Part shown: positions 36,700-49,865 of the stretch, piece after piece
Numbering within the stretch: the first letter of the stretch is position 1
Layout of the letters: each line of letters begins with the position of its first letter
Source of the DNA: Haliotis cracherodii
Taxonomy: Eukaryota
Direction of reading: 5' to 3'
NCBI RefSeq assembly: GCF_022045235.1
Contig: NW_027266341.1
Location: forward strand, 22,320,001 to 22,384,000
Length of the DNA: 64,000 nucleotides
Made by a program: the position numbers and the translations under genes
Notes under the pieces: generated by a model
Seen by the model: the letters and a program-made list of their open reading frames with translations, nothing else
The model's database searches: none
Told to the model about the DNA's origin: nothing

Positions 36700-36885
36700 A
36701 TAAAAGCAACAAAACCCTTTCCATATTCATAAGAAATCTCTGCCCAAACCAGAGTCAACTGTACAATTCCGTGAACATATCCTTCCCCGTTGGTGGCACC
36801 ATCACAAACACATGCAAAGGCAAGTCAGTCGTTCAGCTGAAAAAACATATTGTACAAGTCAAAATAGGGAATTGCATCAGACATA
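36700..36885 (-). mobile_element. Family E fragment
   Basis: Reverse complement of TTTGCATGTGTTTGTGATGGTGCCAC and TTTTGTTGCTTTTATT seen at 31665-31850. Confidence 0.6.
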
Positions 36886-36988
36886 ATTTTTATCACTGAT
36901 ATGTCAAATTTGGAAATGTCCTCCACATGTCTACCAGAAAACCGTTTGAAAGCTCTTCTGAGAGTTTGAAGAAACAACCTCTGAGCAA

Positions 36989-37217
36989 GTGAGTGAGTGA
37001 GTGAGTTCGGTTTAACACCGCTTTTAACATTATTCCAGTTATATCGCGGCGTGTCAGCTTAATGTGGGAGGAAAGCCCGAAGTGATGCAGGTCTCAGACG
37101 TTTACCACTTCGGTGAAACCCACGAGCACGGGTATGGTGCTGACAAATGTAGAAACGTAATCGGGGTGAACCGGGATTTGAACCCACAGTCATAGGTTTC
37201 TGGCCTGTCCAGGGGAC
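36989..37217 (-). mobile_element. SINE family B, 5'-truncated
   Basis: Near-identical to 2600-2832. Confidence 0.9.
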
Positions 37218-37420
37218 TCTTTGGTCAAGAACTTGCTGAAGAAAAAATAAACAAAGACAACAGACTTCTACAATACCAATTATACCATCCTTTACTCATG
37301 TTTTGTCATGTCTCTGTATATATGTTGTTTTAAATAGAAAACGTATTATAAAAAAAGTGTTAAAAATGCTTACCCTTACACCTGGTGCCATCAATAATTT
37401 TCAGTTGTCTAACCATATTA

Positions 37421-37757
37421 CCGTATTCGACATAATAAGCACCCAGGGCGCTCTCAAAAATAAAAATTGGGGGCTCTTAATAGAATAATATTTTGGTGAG
37501 TTGAAAGATCGTAAATTTCAATGTTTATGCCAACAGCCTGAAATGTTTATATATGACAGATATATTTTGCCAGAATTTAATTGCCCATAATTAAGGGTGC
37601 ATATAACACACAAGTGCATATTATAGACGATGTAATAAGTCTTGTGTACATTGATCAATCGGAAGGGATGCTAATTGGGATTGTTCACCAGCCAATATAT
37701 TTGCAAATATCGCCGTGGGCGCTTATAAGAGCGGGGCGCTTATTACATTGAAAACGG
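37421..37757. mobile_element. MITE family F
   Basis: TA|CCGTATTCGACATAATAAGC..GCTTATTACATTGAAAACGG|TA. Confidence 0.88.
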
Positions 37758-38507
37758 TATACATATTATTTTCATTGCTATTTTGCCTTTTACTACCCAA
37801 TGGAATCTTTTTTGTCACAGAATCGAGGCTGCTTCTTCTCTGGCATTGACATTTTATATTTATTAATAGAAATGATATCAATCAGTAATATAAACCTTCC
37901 AAAGATGGTTGTAAACTCGATCTTTGAGTGGCATTTAGACGATGTATATGTTTGGGTAACTGAGGACAAGGCACTACAGATGGTCAACTTCTTAATTACA
38001 TTTGTAATATTATTGCGGTGTAAATTTCTGACACCAATATCAAGCAAGTGATATCATGAGCAATTTCCATACCATAAACAATTACAAATATATACTAGAT
38101 TAGTTTCAAAGAGCACTAACATGAAGGCATGAACGTGATTCAAGCCAATTGTATATAGATAGGGGCCACAATTGAAGCCACTTGTACAATGAGTTGGTCT
38201 GTGATGCAGACACTCAAACTAATATATCCAATACAGCCCCTGCAAGTCTATAATTGTTGGCAAGTGTATATTAATGCAGTTTAAGGTCTGAATATGGAGA
38301 GTCTCTGGGCTAATTTTTATTATATTTTATTTAGATATTTTAACAACTGTTTTTTCTGTAAAATATTTACATTTTAGAGACTAGATGATAGTCTACAGAT
38401 GAGGTACAAATGACTTGCAGTAGATGCATGGCTTCATGTACCTGGTAAGCGGTAAACATGATCTCTTTTAACTGATGGTTAATGTCTTTTAACCTTGATT
38501 ATTGGTG

Positions 38508-38830
38508 GCACCTGGTCCTGTACACAGCACAAAGGTCACAAAGTTAAGCAACATTGGTCGTGGAGAGTTGTTGGATGGGTGACCGACAGCCTTTGGCAGT
38601 TTGACTCTTGAGAGTTTCTTGGACTTTCAGTGAAGCATGGGCAGCACATGTCGTGTCTCCTTAGGCAAGTGACTTTGTTTGACATATATGCCTCTGTTCA
38701 CCAAGCAGTAAAATGGGTACCCGGTAGGATGAAATAGTAATGTGACTGATAAACTTCTAGTGCCTGACAGGTTTGGTTGTATACTCCCCAGGGAGCTGAG
38801 AATGAAAATCAAGGGCACACTGATCCATTA
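38508..38830 (+). mobile_element. SINE relic with 5S rRNA-like head and CORE domain
   Basis: AAGTTAAGCAAC (5S box A region, 38541) and TTGGATGGGTGACCG (5S box C, 38571-38585); GTGTCTCCTTAGGCAAGTGACTT..GCCTCTGTTCACCAAGCAGTAAAATGGG (CORE, 38653-38717). Confidence 0.7.
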
Positions 38831-38859
38831 ACTGGAGTAATAATGTAAGCTCTTTGGGC

Positions 38860-39030
38860 ATGCACTGAAGGTATGGAGGCTTGCCCAAGATAAGTACTAC
38901 TGTTATTATTAATGGCTTTGGTGAGTTTTCTGATTTTGTAGTTTGTGAGGTTGATGTTGGGTGGGTGTCTATCTTCTTTGAGGTCGATCTTGGCATGTTC
39001 TGATGCAAACTCATTGTCATAACATCTCAA
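38860..39030 (-). pseudogene. Possible decayed LINE ORF2 fragment
   Basis: PNINLTNYKIRKLTKAINNNSSTYLGQASIP resembles the pre-RT 'KLLxxLNPNKxxGPDxIP' segment; judged by eye only. Confidence 0.35.
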
Positions 39031-39280
39031 ATCCATTGCTATAATAATGAACAAATCCTCCATACTCCATACCCTTGCGTGATGTATCCGCAATGTTTAG
39101 ATTTTTCTTGGCAGTTGCTGACATATGTTGGTTGACATTTTGTTGATACACTGACAGGGATAATTGATGGTACTTGCATCATAGGAGGCGGATGCCACCA
39201 GCCACACCCTTCTGTCTCAACCTCCTGAAGGTGACATGGGTGGCCCAGTCATCTAAGGCACTGCAATTGGGGCAGAGTTG

Positions 39281-39616
39281 TGAGGTGAAATGGGGCTTAA
39301 CCTTGCGTCCAAGATTATTGTACTTATATTGCAACGTGCATGCATGTGTGTGTAAGTGTGGCTGCTTGTACTAGTCCGGACTGATGCCGATTTATAGTGC
39401 TATCTCACTGAAATGCCATGATGAATACCCCAATCAGACACATATACTGACTCCAAACTGACCAGTCCTTGCTTAAGTACCTTAATGCCGAGCGCCAGAC
39501 AAATTAACAACAAGTTCAATCTTTTAACGTCTTTTTGTATGACACAGCTGGGGATGGAACCCCAGACCTTCTGCTCTCCAGGCGGATGCTCTACCACTAG
39601 ACCACAGAGGCGATCG
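39281..39616 (-). mobile_element. SINE family D, full length, nested in B
   Basis: Minus strand GCCTCTGTGGTCTAGTGGTAGAGCATCCGCCTGGAGAGCAGAAGGTCTGGGGTTCCATCCCC..ATTTCACCTCA. Confidence 0.9.
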
Positions 39617-39779
39617 ATCATGGTTTAAAAACTGGTTCACCCTGATTATGTTTCTAGGTGTTTCAGCACCATACCTGTGTTCATGGGTTTCACCAAAGTG
39701 GTTAACGTTTGAGAAATGCATCACTTCGGGCTTTCCTCCCACATTAAGCTGACAGGCTGTGATACCACTGGAATACTGT

Positions 39780-39991
39780 AGAATAGGCCTTCAGCAACCC
39801 ATGCTTGTCGGAAAAGGCGACTAACAGGATCGGGTGGTCAGGCTCGCTGACTTGGTTGATGCACGGTCATCGATCCCTATTGTGTGGATCGATGCTCATG
39901 ATATCATTCACTTGATTGTCTGGTCCAGACTCGATAATTTACAGACCGCTGTCATACAGCTGGAATATTGCTGAGTGCGGCCAACCAACCA
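39780..39991 (+). mobile_element. SINE family C nested in the B tail
   Basis: AGAATAGGCCTTCAGCAACCC..GCTGAGTGCGGCCAACCAACC; short duplication ACTGT on both sides. Confidence 0.88.
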
Positions 39992-40376
39992 ACTGTTAAA
40001 GGCAGCACTAAACCCAATTCATTCACTCAACCGTGTGTGGCATCCCGATGGTCCTGTAGGTATTTCAGTCTCTTATCACCTGGTTATATCTGATGTAGTA
40101 CAGGGTCACCTCCATCATACCTGTCACGTCTGGAGAGAGAATGTACCCTGTAGATGCCCCAGATCAGACAGCAGCTCAGTGCTCATCATACCAGCAACAA
40201 GATTATCAACATTTCACCACACATGGTTTTTTCCTTCACATCAGCTTCTCTTTGAAACAATCTACCTCTCACTGTCAAGGAATCTTTAACAATAGGCAGC
40301 TTCCGTCAAGACTAAAAACATTCTTGTCCCAGAAATACCATGCCAATGTCTTGTTGTTCATATAACAGTTGTAATA

Positions 40377-40665
40377 TGGACCTGGGAAGATCGGGGGTAG
40401 AATAGGTCTTCAGCAACCCATGCTTGCCTATGAGATGACTACACGTGTAGTAAGAGTGAGTGAGTGAGGTTTTATGCCGCTTATTTCCAGCAATATCACG
40501 GCGGGGGACAGCAGAAATGGGCTTATCACATTATACCCATCGTATCCCAATTGCATGGATCGATGCTCATAATGTCGATCACTGGATTGTCTGGTCCAGA
40601 CTCGATTATTTACAGACCACGATCATATAGCTGGAATATTGCTGAGTGAGAGCAACAAATGAACA
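40377..40665 (+). mobile_element. SINE C / antisense SINE A chimera
   Basis: TSD AACAGTTGTAATA (40364-40376; 40666-40678); A 3' half on the minus strand at ~40455-40540 replaces the middle of C. Confidence 0.85.
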
Positions 40666-40852
40666 AACAGTTGTAATACGAGTAGTACACGGCTAAACAC
40701 TGTCTCCAGCGCTACACGTGACTAACTGCCATTATCTATGTTTTATCACTTGTGTGTGTATCTGTAGCACAATAAGCAACCATTTGGTGATTAGATATTA
40801 GTTGCATTATAAATTGACTTAATATTCTGGATGGCTTACTGCAGTGGAGTAA

Positions 40853-41094
40853 TCCCCGTGGGGAGGCCGGGTTGGAATTGGTCCCCAGTAACCTGTACTG
40901 ATCGTAAGAGGAGTCCAAATGGATAGAATGGTGTGGCTCTGTGACTGGGTTCATAGCGTGTCATCATACCCCTGTGCCAAGGATCATTGTTCACAATATT
41001 GATTACTATAATGTCTGGTCCAGAGCCGATTATTTACAGACCATTGTCATATTACTGGAATATTGCAGAGCGCTGTGGTAAACAACAAACAAAC
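40853..41094 (+). mobile_element. SINE family C, old diverged copy
   Basis: CCCGTGGGGAGGCCGGGTTGGAATTGGTCCCCAG..GTCTGGTCCAGA..GGAATATTGCAGAGCG..AAACAACAAAC. Confidence 0.75.
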
Positions 41095-41198
41095 ATAAGT
41101 ATTATTTAGTATTATACAAACATCTGACTTACACTCCTGTGTCACTTGTCTTGGCAAATACTGTATAGAGTACCCTTCAGTTTTTTTCTTTTATGATT

Positions 41199-41371
41199 GG
41201 GGGGTCGGGGAACCTTGTGGTTTAAGCGTTATCTCGTCACGCCAAAGACCCGGGTTCGATTCCCGACATGGGTACAATGTGTGAAGCCCATTTCTGGTGT
41301 CCCCACACCGTGATATTGCTGGAATATTGCTAAAAGCGGCGTAAAACCATACTCACTCACTCACTCACTCA
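41199..41371 (+). mobile_element. SINE family A, full length
   Basis: TSD CTTTTATGATT at 41188-41198 and 41372-41382. Confidence 0.93.
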
Positions 41372-42792
41372 CTTTTATGATTATTCACTCCAGTAAGCCT
41401 CTGACAGACACTCTTCCTCACAGGCAAATCCTAGTTCTCCCCTTATCCTCAAAGGACCAGGTTTTGCATACCCCACTGGCTGCTGTGTGTCCTAGTCTTG
41501 CCTCAGCCTCCACAATCACAGTCACTAACCTTAACAATAACCACCTTTCCATCCTAATCTTTTCACTAACCTCCACCATACACCATCTCACCATCCTGAC
41601 TTTTCACAAACATCCTCCATATTTAAACCACATCCCCATCCAAAATCGTTTCACCAACCTCCACCATCAACATCTCTCCAACCCAATCTTTTCACTAACT
41701 TCCACCATCACCCCATCCACGTTTTTTTACTAACCATGACCATTTTCCTGACATTTAACTGAACCCCACTATCTCAACCTCCCAATCTCGACCTTTACAA
41801 CCTCCACCATCACACTACCTCAAGGCAATCTTTCCTATCATCGCCATCACCATGCCACCTAACCCTAACCTCCTTCCCATCAACAACTGTCTCCATCCTA
41901 CTCCTCTATTTGTCACATCCCCATGTAGCCAGATGGTGGTCAAGTCCTCTTGTCAACAACTACAGTTGTCTGTGACAAACACAACATCCAAATAAAGATA
42001 TCCCCTTATCTAATAAAGAAATTCCCGGAGGGAGAATTTTAAGACCAAGAACTCTTCATTGTATCTTTCACATAGTTCCCCCATTTGTGGCCTTCACTCT
42101 AATCCCCAGTAATTGGTTCAGTAGTTTAAAGATGCCAATTCCTTAAATTTTAGCCAGAGGTGCAATGTTCTTCCTGAAAGATGGAAACTGAACATTTCTG
42201 GTCATGTATGAATATTTATCAAATGAACCGGTACCAGAACCAAAATATTCCCCCTTTTCAACTCATTAACTCTGAACTTGCCCAAAGCTGTGAAACCCAC
42301 TCACATGGAATAATTCAACCTCATTTTGTAACATATATAGGTGAACTATGTTTCACAAATGTGTGAACATTTGGGGGATCCTGAAATAATGAACTAGGTG
42401 ATGTCAAAATAGATCCAGTACAACTGACACAGAGACACTCAACTGCAGAACTTGTCCGTCCACACAGTGAATCAGTTTGTTCACCTATGATGAAGGACAG
42501 TTTAAAAATATGAAAGCAAATGTGTTACATGCAGATATCTATTTTGAAAGGCAGTTTTAAAAAAAAAAAAAAATGTGTTACAGACAGATACCTTTGTTGA
42601 AGCAGGGGATAGAAAGTTTAAAAAGAGGAACAAAAGTTGAAACATTGTGCTACATACGTATATCTTTGTTGAATAAATTGTATTGGAAAGTGGAAACATT
42701 GTGCTACATATAGAAATCTTTGATTTTGAAGCTGGGCATAGAAAGTTTAAAAAGATTGAATGTTGTATTACATGCAGATATCTTTGTACAGT

Positions 42793-45700
42793 ACTCATCT
42801 ATGCCCCACCCATCCACATCACACTCGTCCATGCCCCTCCCATCCACATCACACACGTCCATGCCCCTCCCATCAATGTCACACTCATCTATGCCCCACC
42901 CATCCACGTCACACTCATCCATGCCCCACCCATCCACATCACACTCGTCCATGCCCCTCCCATCAATGTCACACTCATCCATGCCCCTCCCATCCACATC
43001 ACACTCATCCATGCCCCACCAATCCACATCACACTCATCCATGCCCCACCCATCCACATCACACTCGTCCATGCCCCTCCCATCAATGTCACACTCATCC
43101 ATGCCCCTCCCATCCACATCACACTCGTCCATGCCCCACCAATCCACATCACACTCGTCCATGCCCCTCCCATCAATGTCACACTCATCCATGCCCCAAC
43201 AGTCCACATCACACTCGTCCATGCCCCACCAATCCACATCACACTCATCCATGCCCCTCCCATCAATGTCACACTCGTCCATGCCCCAACCATCCACATC
43301 ACACTCATCCATGCCCCACCCATCATAATCACACTCATCCATGTCACACCCATCCATGTCACACCCATCCATGTCACACCCATCCATGTCACACCCATCC
43401 ATGCCCCATCCATCCATGTCACACCCATCCATGTTACGCCCTTCCATGTCACATTCATCCATGCCCCACCCATCCATGTCACACTTATCCATGCCCCACC
43501 CATCCACGTCACACTTATCCATGTCACACTCATCCACGTCACACTTATCCATGTCACACTCATCCACGTCACACCCATCCATGTCACACTTATCCATGCC
43601 CCACCCATCCACATCACACTTATCCATGCCCCACCCATCCATGTCACACTCATCCATGCCCCACCCATCATAATCACACTCATCCATGTCACACCCATCC
43701 ATGTCACACTTATCCATGTCCCACCCATCCATGTCACACTTATCCATGCCCCACCCATCCACGTCACACTTATCCATGTCACACTCATCCACGTCACACT
43801 TATCCATGTCACACTCATCCACGTCACACCCATCCATGTCACACTTATCCATGCCCCACCCATCCATGTCACACTCATCCATGCCCCACCCATCATAATC
43901 ACACTCATCCACGTCACACCCATCTACGTCACACTCATCCATGCCCCACCCATCCACGTCACACCCATCATAATCACACTCATCCATGTCACACCCATCA
44001 TAATCACACTCATCCATGTCACACCCATCATAATCACACTCATCCATGTCACACCCATCATAATCACACTCATCCATGTCACACCCATCTACGTCACACT
44101 CATCCATGTCACACCCATCCACATCACACTTATCCACGTCACACTCATCCATGTCACACTCATCCACATCACACTCATCCATGTCACACCCATCCACATC
44201 ACACTTATCCACGTCACACTCATCCATGTCACACTTATCCATGCCCCACCCATCCATGTCACACCCATCCATGCCCCACCCATCATAATCACACTCATCC
44301 ATGTCACACCCATCTACGTCACACTCATCCATGCCCCACCCATCCATGTCACACCCATCCATGCCCCACCCATCATAATCACACTCATCCATGTCACACC
44401 CATCTACGTCACACTCATCCATGTCACACCCATCCACATCACACTTATCCACGTCACACTCATCCATGCCCCACCCATCCATGTCACACTCATCCATGCC
44501 CCACCCATCCATGTCACACTCATCCATGCCCCACCCATCCATGTCACACTCATCCATGCCCCACCCATCCATGTCACACTCATCCATGCCCCACCCATCC
44601 ACGTCACACTTATCCACGTCACACTCATCCATGCCCCACCCATCCATGTCACACTCATCCATGCCCCACCCATCCATGTCACACTCATCCATGCCCCACC
44701 CATCCATGTCACACTCATCCATGCCCCACCCATCCATGTCACACTCATCCATGCCCCACCCATCCACGTCACACTTATCCACGTCACACTCATCCATGCC
44801 CCACCCATCCATGTCACACTCATCCATGCCCCACCCATCCATGTCACACTCATCCATGCCCCACCCATCCATGTCACACTCATCCATGCCCCACCCATCC
44901 ATGTCACACTCATCCATGCCCCACCCATCCATGTCACACTCATCCATGCCCCACCCATCCATGTCACACTCATCCATGCCCCACCCATCCACGTCACACT
45001 TATCCACGTCACACTCATCCATGTCACACCCATCCACAACACACTCATCCATGCCTCCCCCATCAGTTTCACACTCATCCATGCCCCACCCATCCACGTC
45101 ACACTTATCCACGTCACACTCATCCATATCACATTCATCCACGTCACACTCATCCATGTCACACCCATCCATGTCACACTTATCCATGCCCCACCCATCC
45201 ACGTCACACTCATCCATGTCACACCCGTCCATGTCACACCCATCCATGTCACACCCATCCATGCCCCACTCATCCACGTCACACCCATCCATGCCCCACT
45301 CGTCCACGTCACACTCATCCATGCCCCACCCATCCACGTCACACTTATCCACGTCACACTCATCCATATCACACTCATCCACGTCACACCCATCCATGTC
45401 ACACTCATCCATGTCACACTCATCCACGTCACACCCATCTACCTCACACTCATCCATGTCACACCCATCCATGTCCCACTCATCCACGTCACACCCATCT
45501 ACGTCACACTCATCCATGTCACACTCATCCACGTCACACCCATCTACGTCACACTCATCCATGTCACACCCATCCATGTCACACTCATCCATGTCACACT
45601 CATCCATGTCACACTCATCCACGTCACACCCATCTACGTCACACTCATCCATGTCACACCCATCCACATCACACTTATCCACGTCACACTCATCCATGCC

Positions 45701-46740
45701 CCATCCATCCATGTCACACTCATCCATGCCCCACCCATCCATGTCACACTTATCCATGCCCCACCCATCCATGTCACACTCATCCACGTCACACTCATCC
45801 ATGTCACACTCATCCATGCCCCACCCATCCATGTCACCCATCCATGCCCCACCCATCCACATCACACTCATCCATGTCACACTCATCCATGTCACCCATC
45901 CATGCCCCACCCATCCATGTCACCCATCCATGTCACACTCATCCATGTCACACCCATCCACGTCACACTCATCCATGCCCCACTCATCCATGTCACACTC
46001 ATCCACGTCACACACATCTACGTCACACTCATCCACGTCACACCCATCCATGTGACACTCATCCATATCACACTCATCCATGTCACACCCATCCATGCCC
46101 CACCCATCCATGTCACACTCATCCATGCCCCACCCATCCACATCACACTCATTCATGCCCCACCCATCCATGTCACACTCATCCATGCCCCTCCCATCCA
46201 CATCACACTCATCCATATCACACTAATCTATGTCACACTCATCCATGTCACACTCATCCACGTCACACTCATCCACGTCACACTTATCAATGTCACACTC
46301 ATCCACGTCACACCCATCTACGTCACACTCATCCATATCACACCCATCCACATCACACTTATCCACGTCACACTCATCCATGTCACACTCATCCACGTCA
46401 CACCCATCCATGCCCCACCCATCCACATCACACTCATCCATGCCCCACCCATCCACATCACACTCATCCATGCCCCACCCATCCATGTCACACTCATCCA
46501 TGCCCCACCTATCCATGTCACACTCATCCATGCCCCACCCATCCATGTCACACTCATCCATGCCCCACCTATCCATGTTACACTCATCCATGCCCCACCT
46601 ATCCATGTCACACTCATCCATGTCACACTCATCCATGTCACACCCATCCATGCCCCACTCATCCATGTCACACTCATCCATGCCCCACCCATCCACGTCA
46701 CACCCATCCACGTCACACTCATCCATGTCACACCCACCTT
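42793..46740. repeat. 15-bp minisatellite (CATCCATGTCACACT / CATCCATGCCCCACC), ~260 units
   Basis: 15-bp period with alternating 30-bp higher order; open in several frames on both strands. Confidence 0.98.
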
Positions 46741-46789
46741 CATTTCATCCTTCCCCTCCTATCCACTAGCATACTTGTCCACCTGTCAT

Positions 46790-46853
46790 GATTCCAGCCC
46801 TCTTCGGTGTGACGAGCGACCGCTTTAACCACTAGGCTACCCGACCGCCTCCT
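46790..46853 (-). mobile_element. SINE A head fragment
   Basis: TCTTCGGTGTGACGAGCGACCGCTTTAACCACTAGGCTACCCGACCGCC. Confidence 0.85.
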
Positions 46854-49001
46854 AATCATGAAGATGATATCCAAATACGTAAAAGGAATTTGTGGATGAA
46901 GCTGTGAGTCAGAGCTGGATGTCTTTAAATAAAACTACAAATGTCCTGTTTTTTTAATGGAGCATCACATCATCTCTGCTTCAACAACTGTCCAGAGTTT
47001 TGCATTTGTGCATTTGAAGACTGACTAATTAAAAGCAAACAAGCGATGGCTGTTAACGGCTAAATTGTTACTTTTAACAGGGCATGTCTCCAACGATAAA
47101 CATTACTCTTTTGTTGTCAGTATTATTTGCACGTGCTTCAGTGCCACAAAACAATAAAATGGTAAAAGATAGCCCATTGACTTTATTTACTGCTACAGCA
47201 TGCTGCATTAATTGCAAGTGTTTGATGGTTAACACAGAAACTGTTTTAAAATAAGATCAATACCAATATATTTAGTGAATGTTCAAAGATCAACACAAAT
47301 GACCAATGGTCAAACCCCACCTGACCCTGGTCTCCAACGAGGCCTGCAAGCCCAGGTTAAAATGGACCCCTAATAGGGACATATGGCCTCATTGGGATAT
47401 CCTTTAAGTGCTTATTGTCCCAGAGGGTCATTGAGGATTCCCGGAGATTTGCTTTGTTAACGCAGCATTTTGTCAACGAGCATCGATCTAACACTAGCAG
47501 TCACTCAACACACAAACACCACATTGGACATTTAAAGACATTTTTCATAATTTAGATACCTGGCTTTCCGAACAGCCGTGACCAATTATTTTTGCCTTGC
47601 GCAGGGTGCTAATGTTTCCCATTACAATTAGCTGCTTGTGTTGGATTCCAATTTAATAACATTTCCATAATTCTATCGAGACTAGGATTAACCGAAAAGG
47701 TATTTGATATCGCAGGTTTAGAGTAAAATGCAGTCTAAATGTTTCTCCAGTCGTTAATCTTCAAAGTTCATTAAGTAACAGAATACGTCACAGATGCAAT
47801 TCAATAATCTTCACAAAATTAAGATTGCGTGAAATGAGTTTGATTCTCTACCAAACTCAATTAACACTCGATAAGGATGGTCCGATTTTTTAATGATCAT
47901 CAGAGAAGAGTGTTGTTTTAATTGTTGAAACCACATCTGTTTTAAGTAGTATGAAATCACAGGATTTGGATTTTATTACCGAATCTGCAAATAATTAGAT
48001 GATTTTAATCCCTTTATTCATAAAAATCATTAGTTGGTCCAAAATTTTGACCATGTTGATTTAATTACAAATTTCAAAGGAAATATGAAACATTTTAAAA
48101 CAATAATTGGCATAGGTTTGTGAAGTTCAGATTCATAGAGACTTGTAGGTTAATTTCAGAGACATCTGCCCATTCCTCTTAGTAATGAATGCCAAGCTTT
48201 TAGTTCATCCATGGATTAGGAGTCCAAGGACAATTAAGCACCTGCTGGATTTCTCAATGTATATAGTTTGAATATTCACTGAATATACATGTGTAATGAA
48301 CCGATATGTGTAGCTCCTCTGGCATAATGGGAAAGGATTGTTTAATATGTAATAAAATATACAAAAGATGTTTTGTTATTATTGATATAGTTAATGGAAC
48401 TACGATTGCACTATGTTGGCATTGATATACAATAAAATGTTGTTTTGTAATGGTCAATAGTCTTATTTTTCTTAGAGAAATAAAGTTTGCTCTACATCCA
48501 TGTGTAGTGTAATAAAATATAGTTTTGCCCTGAACTGGTATAGTTAAAGTACTTGTCCCGAGTATACATTATAGATCATGGGGAAGGTAATTTTCGGCAT
48601 CATGACGTAACATAAAAAGTGTACTTTATCACAGTTTGAAGTACAGTCAGCACCTTCGATCTTTCAGCAAAGCATTTTAGAATTATTGATAGATAATAGC
48701 ATGTACATAAAGATTAGTATGAGACTAGTTTTCCATTGTGACACAATACTGTGTTTTAACTTGTTACTTGACATGTTATGGTTATAAAAGGTTAAATAAG
48801 ATATACAATTTTGGTAAAGTTATGAAAATATTTGTCAATAATTTTACAGTTTATGATATTAAGTTTAGAAAAAGATGATTTGTGAAAACAAATTCAACAT
48901 GGAGGGTCTGATAAGAGAGAACAAACAACTGGACAGAACTTAATCTTGTATTTGGGGCAGTTGGTGAATGTTAGGTGGTTCCAACTTTCACTGATCAGAG
49001 G

Positions 49002-49270
49002 GGGGGCACGGGTGGCCCAGTCATCTAAGGCGCCGCGATTCGCTGTGCAGAGTTGCGTCCCTTGGGCATGCCAGAAACCTATGATTGTGGGTTCGAATCC
49101 CGGTTCACCCCAATTATGTTTCTACGTTTGTCAGCACCATACCCGTGATCGTGGGTTTCACCGAAGTGGTAAACGTCTGCATCACTTCGGGCTTTCCTCC
49201 CACATTAAGTTGACACGCTGCGATATAACTGGAATAGGCGTTAAAGCGGCATTAAACCCAACTCACTCAC
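49002..49270 (+). mobile_element. SINE family B, full length
   Basis: TSD TCACTGATCAGAGG at 48988-49001 and 49271-49284. Confidence 0.94.
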
Positions 49271-49558
49271 TCACTGATCAGAGGAAGGCCTGGTTTTCAG
49301 TTGCCACATGAAAACAATGTGAGAGGCCTATTCTTTTTTTATCGCTTTATTTGTTTTCTTGGGTACAAATAGGACATGTTATTTCAATACTATATGACAT
49401 TATATTGGTCAGTATGAGTATATGAAGTTATTCTATTGTGATACATATTAAATACATATTAGATAGGCACATTTGTCAATACAGTATGGTCATGCAAAGA
49501 GGTTGTGGAATGATGACCAGAAGCCCATTCTTGCCCTCCATCTTGCTCATGCTATATT

Positions 49559-49865
49559 GGACCCTTGGGGATTCCGGGTTAGAATATGGGTCCCAAGCAA
49601 TCTATGCTTCCAGGTAAGAATATAGGTCCCCAGCAATCTATGCTTGTCTCCCTGTGGGGATTCCAGGTAAGAATATCGGTCACCAGCAACCTATGCTTGT
49701 CTCCCTGTGGGGATTTCAGGTTAGAATATCGGTCACCAGCAACGTATGCTTGTCTCCCTGTGGGGATTCCAGGTAAAAACATATAGGTCCAGACTCAACT
49801 ATTTACAGACCACTGTCATATTGATGAATATTGCTGAGTTAAGACAAAAAACACCCCAAAAAACA
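49559..49865 (+). repeat. SINE C with head expanded into ~4-5 tandem units of ~52 bp
   Basis: GGACCCTTGGGGATTCCGGGTTAGAAT, then repeats CCCTGTGGGGATTCCAGGT(A/T)AGAATAT..CCAGCAACCTATGCTTGTCT, then the C 3' end. Confidence 0.8.

Larger units (their letters stand above)
39230..40029 (+). mobile_element. SINE B host element carrying two nested SINEs
   Basis: B pieces at 39230-39280, 39617-39779 and 39992-40029 are colinear with the B consensus. Confidence 0.85.

Noticed and set aside
38508-38590. 5S rRNA gene
   Set aside because: Only boxes A and C are recognisable; there is an insertion, no 3' end or T-run terminator, and a CORE domain follows
42683-46828. 1381-, 1343- and 1068-aa ORFs (His/Cys/Pro- or Asp/Cys/Met-rich) as real proteins
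   Set aside because: They are translations of a 15-bp satellite open in most frames on both strands; 2-bp deletions swap frames without consequence; no flanking gene structure
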